From: a virus
IMG/VR virus record: IMGVR_UViG_3300010885_081999
Span: 39,726 to 103,725 of that record
Direction: 5' to 3' (one strand)
Length of the DNA: 64,000 nucleotides
A program made the position numbers and the translations under genes. Positions 58,864-64,000 of the stretch are shown here, in pieces (within the stretch, counting starts at the first letter, position 1; every line of letters begins with the position of its first letter). Under the pieces are notes generated by a model. That model worked only from the letters and a program-made list of their open reading frames with translations, did not search any database and was not told the origin of the DNA.

Positions 58864-58936
58864 TGGACTCGGACGGGATCGAACCGACGACATCCGCCTT
58901 GCAAAGGCGGCGCTCTCCCAGCTGAGCTACGAGCCC
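58864..58936 (-). tRNA. tRNA-Ala(TGC)
   Basis: Cloverleaf; anticodon arm CCGCC-TTTGCAA-GGCGG; G3:U70; GTTCGAT T-loop; CCA not encoded. Confidence 0.95.
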
Positions 58937-58937
58937 T

Positions 58938-59012
58938 TGGTTGCAGAGGCAGGAATTGAACCTGCGATCTTCTGGGTATGAACCAGACGGGATGCCACTT
59001 CCCCACTCTGCG
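58938..59012 (-). tRNA. tRNA-Met(CAT), initiator-like
   Basis: Anticodon arm TCTGG-TTCATAC-CCAGA; C1:A72 mismatch; CCA encoded. Confidence 0.88.
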
Positions 59013-59040
59013 TCAACTTCAGTATCATACACTAGATCTG

Positions 59041-59114
59041 TGGGACGTACACGACTCGAACGTGTGACCTCAACTTTATCAGAGTTGCTATCTAACCAAC
59101 TGATATAACGTCCC
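59041..59114 (-). tRNA. tRNA-Ile(GAT)
   Basis: GGGACGT/ACGTCCC acceptor stem; anticodon arm CAACT-CTGATAA-AGTTG. Confidence 0.9.
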
Positions 59115-59191
59115 GACTTTCCTTCTTGCCTTCAGACACTGAGAGGTGGTGAGACTTGATCTAACTGAATCAAGTAGGAAACTCACTCTTA

Positions 59192-59566
59192 GGTGGAGGT
59201 GCCGGGAATCGAACCCGGGTCCACCACGACTCTTTCAAACACATCGTCCACAAGCTTGGAATGAGTTTATCGACCTCATCCTCGTCTAGAAAGTTCTCAC
59301 CTATGTGTTCGGGTAGAGGGCTTCCAACCTTCCCTATCCTGGGACCCACCATCCCAGTCGATCCACCCCAAACAACGGGGGTAACTACATTCTTCGGAAC
59401 GATTCTTTTTCTAGGCCGTTCCCGCCCATTCCTCAGGCCGCGAGGGCCATCGGAGCGATGCCGTTGTCGTTGGCGTCTATACGTCATTTGGGTTTTGATC
59501 GGGACCCTCATGCACCCGAGCCTGCTGCGTCTGCCTTCGTCGCGATGTCGAAACCTGATCACCCCC
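59192..59566 (-). ncRNA. ssrA: One-piece tmRNA; tag ANDNGIAPMALAA
   Basis: 5' GGGGGTGA...TTCGAC; 3' GGACCCGGGTTCGATTCCCGGCACCTCCA; G3:U70; tag ORF 59474-59433. Confidence 0.95.
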
Positions 59567-59571
59567 GAAGT

Positions 59572-59856
59572 CTACTTCCAAGACTTCTTAGACTTCATCG
59601 ATGCGACTTTCGGTCGCGCCGATCCTGCAATAGCTATGTTCTTCTGAGAGAGCTCTTCAATCCTTTTTGACTCTGACTCTGCCCATACTCCGAACTTCTC
59701 CTTTGAGACCCTCTCGTCTTCCCTCTCGAGAGTATCGAGGATGGGATTCTTGATCTTTATGAGAAGCTTGGACTGATCTTGAGGATCTGGAAGCGGATGA
59801 TTGAGGAGTGTCTCGAGAATGTGAAGGAGTTCCGTGGCCGTCAACGTCACATTCAT
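59572..59856 (-). CDS. Hypothetical protein
   Basis: GAGGAG RBS; ATGA overlap with the upstream gene. Confidence 0.6.
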   Translation of the reverse strand: MNVTLTATELLHILETLLNHPLPDPQDQSKLLIKIKNPILDTLEREDERVSKEKFGVWAESESKRIEELSQKNIAIAGSARPKVASMKSKKSWK

Positions 59857-60434
59857 GACTCCTCCTCGTCGGGCGAACCGAAGCCATAGACCGTGTTGGA
59901 GACGATCGTCTGCCAAGACTTTGGGAACTTCCTGACTTCGAACGTGTGACACTCAGCCTCGTCGTACAGCTCGATCGAGGTAGGAGTGAGACGTACCCTG
60001 ACGACTGAATCGATGATCATGGTTCCTTCATCGAGGAGTACATCGACGGAGTTCTCCTCTCCGACGTCCTCGAACTCCAGAGTGACCTTGTCGCCCGAAG
60101 GTGACGTCACTTTGATCGCAGGAAGCTCAGCGAACTCAGCAGGTGGTGCATATAGCTGCACCTCGGGAAGATCCTCTTCTTCCTCGTCACTCTCGTCTTC
60201 TTCGTCTTCCTGGTCCTCTTCGTCCTCCTCCGACGTGTCGTCGTACGGCTCATCCGAGGAGACAGTTTCCACGTCATCTTCAGACTCGTCATCTTCGGCA
60301 GACAAGAGGAAGTCGGACATGTCGTCCAGAATGTCTTCGAGGTGCTCTGTCACGCTTTCGCTCATCTTCTGCGTCGAAGCACAGTGGAACAAGACACCGT
60401 AAAGGAACAGTGCATCAGGCTTGGTAAGTTTCAT
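59853..60434 (-). CDS. Highly acidic hypothetical protein
   Basis: GGAGG RBS; long D/E tract. Confidence 0.7.
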   Translation of the reverse strand: MKLTKPDALFLYGVLFHCASTQKMSESVTEHLEDILDDMSDFLLSAEDDESEDDVETVSSDEPYDDTSEEDEEDQEDEEDESDEEEEDLPEVQLYAPPAEFAELPAIKVTSPSGDKVTLEFEDVGEENSVDVLLDEGTMIIDSVVRVRLTPTSIELYDEAECHTFEVRKFPKSWQTIVSNTVYGFGSPDEEES

Positions 60435-60503
60435 GTCATTGCCTCCCATTAAAGCAGAACGGCAAGCATTGCTGCTTGCCGTTCCAATCGCATCCTACTT
60501 CTT

Positions 60504-60770
60504 TCAGCAGGCCTTGTCGGCGGCCTGATAGTGCTTCTGAAGCATCCTGTAGATCGTGCGAGCAGTTCTACCATCGAAGCTGTAGGACTCGCCCGTCGGC
60601 GTGTCGATGAAGAGACGCGTCGAATCGTTGCGGGGATTCGTGCTGATAGCGACGGAGACAGTGTCCTGATCACGACGGAACGTCTCGGTGCGGAGGTTGC
60701 CTCGGCGGTCCTCGCGGGTACGAATCGAAGCGCTGCGGTTCTGGGCGACGGTGTTCTTCTTGTTAGCCAT
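60504..60770 (-). CDS. Hypothetical protein
   Basis: GAGGAG RBS; TTGAAC-18-TACTAT promoter. Confidence 0.7.
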   Translation of the reverse strand: MANKKNTVAQNRSASIRTREDRRGNLRTETFRRDQDTVSVAISTNPRNDSTRLFIDTPTGESYSFDGRTARTIYRMLQKHYQAADKAC

Positions 60771-60842
60771 GTTCTTTATCTCCTCGAGACGTATTGATTG
60801 GCGTCTCGTTGGTATGATAGTAGTCTTGGCCCCCGGTCTTGT

Positions 60843-61214
60843 TCAAGAAGTTTTGTCCTCCTCTGACTCGTAAGAACTCTGTAGATCTAGCATGGTTCCC
60901 CACACCTTTCCGCAGAGATGTGCGCGGAAGGGTCCCATCTTCGTGTAGACGGTGTCCTTGAAGTTGTCGTAGTCTATTGACTTCGCGATCGAAGAGACGA
61001 CAGTCGACCATGCGTCGTCGGACACCTCGATGCGGCTGCCGTAGTCGGCAGAAGGCGTCAACTTCACGGAAGACTTGTCGAGAGAGAGAACAGTTCCGTA
61101 CTTGTCGACAAGATTGTAGAGGTCCTGAGGGGACCGGGCACGGACTACGAGGTGATCGTGACGCGTCCTGTGACGCACGACGGAGAAGAAGCCGAAATCG
61201 GTGAATATCCACAT
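60843..61214 (-). CDS. Conserved hypothetical protein (MWIFT..GFFS.V...VRAR...DY..R...IDY.NFK)
   Basis: Leaderless promoter 6 nt upstream of ATG. Confidence 0.75.
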   Translation of the reverse strand: MWIFTDFGFFSVVRHRTRHDHLVVRARSPQDLYNLVDKYGTVLSLDKSSVKLTPSADYGSRIEVSDDAWSTVVSSIAKSIDYDNFKDTVYTKMGPFRAHLCGKVWGTMLDLQSSYESEEDKTS

Positions 61215-61245
61215 GTGGTAATCTTACCACGCAGGGGACGAAATT

Positions 61246-62343
61246 TCACAGAAGGCTGCTTATCAGGAGACGAAGTTCCGACTCAGAAATAACGTCGCCG
61301 TAACTCAATGCTGTTACACTCGTTCCATTTCTTCCGTTTATTCTGAGCGTCTTCTGGGCGACCTCTTGGACTCCCGACGACACCCATGCTGTCCGGTTGG
61401 CGACCCTCTTGAAGAAGTCCGCGGCGAGCTTCTTGCCTGCGGCGGCATTTCCACCTCGATAGCTGTCAGCAAGTGTCTTCAGCGAGTCGATCTCGGCAGG
61501 AGTGAAGAACACCTTGAAACCGGGACCGGGACCGCCAGAGGACATGTAGTCGATGTACTCGAGGACGTCCGAGACGGCCTTGTCGGACGAGGGATCTGCC
61601 GCGGCGGTCTTGAACCTCGCGATTGTCTCACGCTCGCGGCCGGCTCGAACGATGGCGTAGAACTTCGCCTGGCGCAGCTGTAGGTCTGCATAGGACCGTG
61701 AAGGAATCTTGAATCCCCTTCCTCCCGTCACGGTGCCGAACAGGCCCTCCATTCGGGACCCACCGAGGGTGGGAGGTATCTTGCCGCTGTCGACAAGATC
61801 CATGAGAAGTTCTTCGACTTCGAGCGTCTCCGCCTTCGTCGCGCTGCCCGAGGCGGCCTTGCGCCGAAACGACTTGAGAATCTTCTTCGTCTCGGGATCT
61901 GACACGATTCCTCCGACTGCCTTCCTGATGGAGTCCTTCGTGTAGAAGACGACGGAAGTCTGTGCTGCATTCAAGGCGTCAGCGACAGCCTTGCTCATGA
62001 CGCCACCGTATTCCACCGCCGTCACGGCGGCACTGAGGGGATAGTCGATGTAGTCAGGCCGCTTGGACTTCTTCAGCACCTCGAACTGATACCTGACCGT
62101 CTTCTTGACGGGCGGATGGTGCCGTTCGAGAGCTTCCTCGAGGTCGGGGAAATATCCGCCTCCGCCCGTAGGACTACCTGTCTTTATCGCGTAGTCGACA
62201 GACCCGTCGGGCTTCACAATGGCGGTGAGGTGCTGACCCGCCATCTTCTCGGTGAATTCGGCGGTCGTTTCTCCGCCGAGGAATGCATCGACGACGGAGG
62301 CGGCCGCCTCAGGAGACAGGTCCCTGAAGCGAGGAGTCGGCAT
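61246..62343 (-). CDS. Hypothetical protein (possible degenerate nucleotidyltransferase fold)
   Basis: TEKMAG resembles EKxDG; coupled to the upstream gene. Confidence 0.55.
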   Translation of the reverse strand: MPTPRFRDLSPEAAASVVDAFLGGETTAEFTEKMAGQHLTAIVKPDGSVDYAIKTGSPTGGGGYFPDLEEALERHHPPVKKTVRYQFEVLKKSKRPDYIDYPLSAAVTAVEYGGVMSKAVADALNAAQTSVVFYTKDSIRKAVGGIVSDPETKKILKSFRRKAASGSATKAETLEVEELLMDLVDSGKIPPTLGGSRMEGLFGTVTGGRGFKIPSRSYADLQLRQAKFYAIVRAGRERETIARFKTAAADPSSDKAVSDVLEYIDYMSSGGPGPGFKVFFTPAEIDSLKTLADSYRGGNAAAGKKLAADFFKRVANRTAWVSSGVQEVAQKTLRINGRNGTSVTALSYGDVISESELRLLISSLL

Positions 62344-62344
62344 C

Positions 62345-63307
62345 TCAACCCTTGATGATTCCTGCCAACTTCTGCCACCTCTCGAGGACGAAGCCTCGCT
62401 CCCTTGACTCCTGCTTCTTGACGGCGGACTCGCCAGCCGATGGTGCTACTTCGGGAGAGTACGGCGGATTGATGTCCATGATGCCTCTGCTGATGTCCTT
62501 CGCGACCTGAGCGAGCTGTTCTCCTTCGATCGCAGGCATGTCGATCTTGGCGGGCATCCATCCCTCGATCGTGCGCAAGTCAGCTGTTTCGTCCCAGTTC
62601 TTCTTGACGTGCTCCGCGGCGGCGTCGAGGCTATCGAAGCCTTGCTTCTTGAAGGACGCGAGGATGTCTTCGGGAGAGGGAAGGAACTTGCCGCCCTTCG
62701 AACACATCTCCTTAAACTTCTCTGAGACAGCATCGCCCGTGAGCGATGCGAGGTTCGTATCGGAAGGCTTGCCCTTGCCGCCGTGCGCCGCCGTCCAGAC
62801 GTTCAGCACGCCCACGAGCTGTTCACCGGGAAGGTCGACGAGGAGACCTCCCACCTTCGCGCTAGGGTCCACCATGAGCGTGGCTGCCCAACGGTGATGT
62901 CCGTCCATGATGTGACCGTCGGACGAGACGATGGCACCGAGGTCTCCTCCTGCGCCGCCCGAGAAGCTGCCCATCTTTCCCATCATCTGGATCGCCATTC
63001 CCACGAACTTTCCGAAGTCCATCGTGGTCTGACTCGCCTTCATCGCCGTCGCAGGACGAGAGACGTTTCCCGTGGGGGCAGTGTCGTCCTCCTCCTTCTT
63101 GTCTTCCTGACCCTTCGATGCGAGGCCCTTCGCGAGGGTGGGATCAACATCGCTCAGCTTCGTGGGAAAGAGCTTGGGATCGATCTTGGCGGGGTCTGCG
63201 TCCTCGAGGAGGAAACGCAGGGAGTACCTGCTGCGGCGGTTCTCGGAGACGAGCTTCCTCGTCTCTCTGGCGATGATGCTTCTCAGTCTTGTCTCGGTGA
63301 GTCTCAT
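62345..63307 (-). CDS. ParB/sulfiredoxin-like domain protein with leader and C-terminal ERWQKLAG
   Basis: IVSSDGHIMDGHHRWAA motif. Confidence 0.75.
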   Translation of the reverse strand: MRLTETRLRSIIARETRKLVSENRRSRYSLRFLLEDADPAKIDPKLFPTKLSDVDPTLAKGLASKGQEDKKEEDDTAPTGNVSRPATAMKASQTTMDFGKFVGMAIQMMGKMGSFSGGAGGDLGAIVSSDGHIMDGHHRWAATLMVDPSAKVGGLLVDLPGEQLVGVLNVWTAAHGGKGKPSDTNLASLTGDAVSEKFKEMCSKGGKFLPSPEDILASFKKQGFDSLDAAAEHVKKNWDETADLRTIEGWMPAKIDMPAIEGEQLAQVAKDISRGIMDINPPYSPEVAPSAGESAVKKQESRERGFVLERWQKLAGIIKG

Positions 63308-63320
63308 GGAGGATGTCCTT

Positions 63321-63674
63321 TCAGGCGCCGACGGCCTTCGCGACCTTTGCGGTCTCGGTTGAAGAAGTCTTCTTCTCGCTCATCATACTGTCGACGATGG
63401 ACATGATCTGCGTGAAGTATTTCTTGATCTGGTCGGCGTTGATGTTGGCCGCCTTCTCGTCGATGTCTCCCAAGATGCTGCCCAGCGTCTTCATCGAAGT
63501 GGCGAAGGCGTTGAGACCCGTGGGAGGGCTGCTCGCGAAGGCCTTCAGCTTCTTCTTCTGCTGGTCGGTGAGACCCGAGGCGCCTGCCGAACCCGAGGCA
63601 GCGTCTTCGGCCTCCAGGATCCTGCTGACTTCTTCTTTGATAATTAGACGCAACTGCTGTGGTGTCATCTTCAT
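63321..63674 (-). CDS. Hypothetical protein with MKMTPQQLRLIIKEEV leader
   Basis: Leader motif; ATACTTA 5 nt upstream of ATG. Confidence 0.75.
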   Translation of the reverse strand: MKMTPQQLRLIIKEEVSRILEAEDAASGSAGASGLTDQQKKKLKAFASSPPTGLNAFATSMKTLGSILGDIDEKAANINADQIKKYFTQIMSIVDSMMSEKKTSSTETAKVAKAVGA

Positions 63675-63825
63675 GTCGTTAAGTATGCGGGGACGAAGCA
63701 TTTTTTCTTGAGGCGGAGGCACATGTCGAATATTGACTCTCTGCGAACACTTATTCGACCACTGGGTTACACAAGTATTTTGTGAAGAATATTCTGGGTG
63801 TAAGCCTGAAGACTCACAGAGACAA

Positions 63826-63859
63826 GAAGACCGCCGAACCGTGAGGCAGGGCGGTCTTC
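63826..63859 (-). terminator. Probable terminator hairpin
   Basis: GAAGACCGCC/GGCGGTCTTC stem; weak T-tail. Confidence 0.5.
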
Positions 63860-63878
63860 CTCGTTCCCGGTCCTAGGA

Positions 63879-63998
63879 TCACGTTACAATCGTGAGCGGA
63901 TCGTTGGTCACCGCATGGAGGAACCAGTGGCTGCCGTTGCAGACGACTTCCATGAAATCTCCTCCTTGAAGGGCTACACCGAAAGCAACGGATATTGC
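63879..63998 (-). CDS. C-terminal fragment of a gene that starts beyond the window (beta-rich, possibly structural)
   Basis: Open frame ...GGDFMEVVCNGSHWFLHAVTNDPLTIVT*. Confidence 0.5.
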   Translation of the reverse strand, partial: AISVAFGVALQGGDFMEVVCNGSHWFLHAVTNDPLTIVT

Positions 63999-64000
63999 AG

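Noticed and set aside
58755-59670. ORFs overlapping the tRNA/tmRNA cluster, and the 5' extension of 58649..59032
   Set aside because: The region is fully explained by structured RNA genes.
59572-60434. N-termini MNVTLTATELL and MKLTKPDAL as leader copies
   Set aside because: They lack the QLRxIIxEE core and sit in an operon with a sigma70-type promoter.
418-63711. Many long plus-strand ORFs (e.g. 418..1266, 23913..24896, 50351..51397, 53063..54196)
   Set aside because: They are antisense shadows of recognisable minus-strand genes, caused by GC3-biased codon usage; they show no motifs of their own.
1-64000. CRISPR array, integrase or IS element
   Set aside because: No regularly spaced direct repeats and no transposase or integrase motifs were seen.
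1-64000. Stop-codon reassignment, as found in some large phages
   Set aside because: Conserved genes are full length under the standard code, and TAA, TAG and TGA all end genes at sensible positions.
1-64000. Visually abundant TCGA, GTCGAC and CTCGAG
   Set aside because: Explicable by codon pairs such as GTC-GAC and CTC-GAG; a codon-aware k-mer test, which I cannot run, would be needed to claim more.

Overview
This is a 64-kb segment of a large (jumbo-type) contractile-tailed bacteriophage genome, encoded almost entirely on the minus strand. Reading the minus strand from right to left: small accessory genes; a tmRNA plus three tRNAs (Ile-GAT, Met-CAT, Ala-TGC); a neck/tail module (neck proteins, two tandem tail-sheath paralogs, tail tube, a frameshift-linked chaperone pair, tape measure, baseplate-type genes); a replication and recombination block (PolA-like, gp32-like SSB, RecA, dUTPase, actin-like ATPase, 5'-3' exonuclease, DnaB, class II RNR); ThyX, Tmk, Hsp20, two DNA methyltransferases, an LD-carboxypeptidase, an HNH nuclease and Dps; and a second, unusual nucleotide operon. 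The main observations are: (1) at least 8 unrelated proteins share an N-terminal MK(I/L)TxxQLRxIIxEE...(L/I)xE leader, most under a phage-specific ATA(C/G/T)TTA promoter motif, which suggests a capsid-cargo addressing system; (2) a candidate nucleotide-modification operon built around a ThyX paralog with Cys in place of the active-site Ser; (3) two promoter classes with many leaderless genes; (4) a +1 frameshift site in the tail chaperone; (5) an actin-like ATPase paired with a membrane protein. All calls come from motif recognition by eye; no database search was run.
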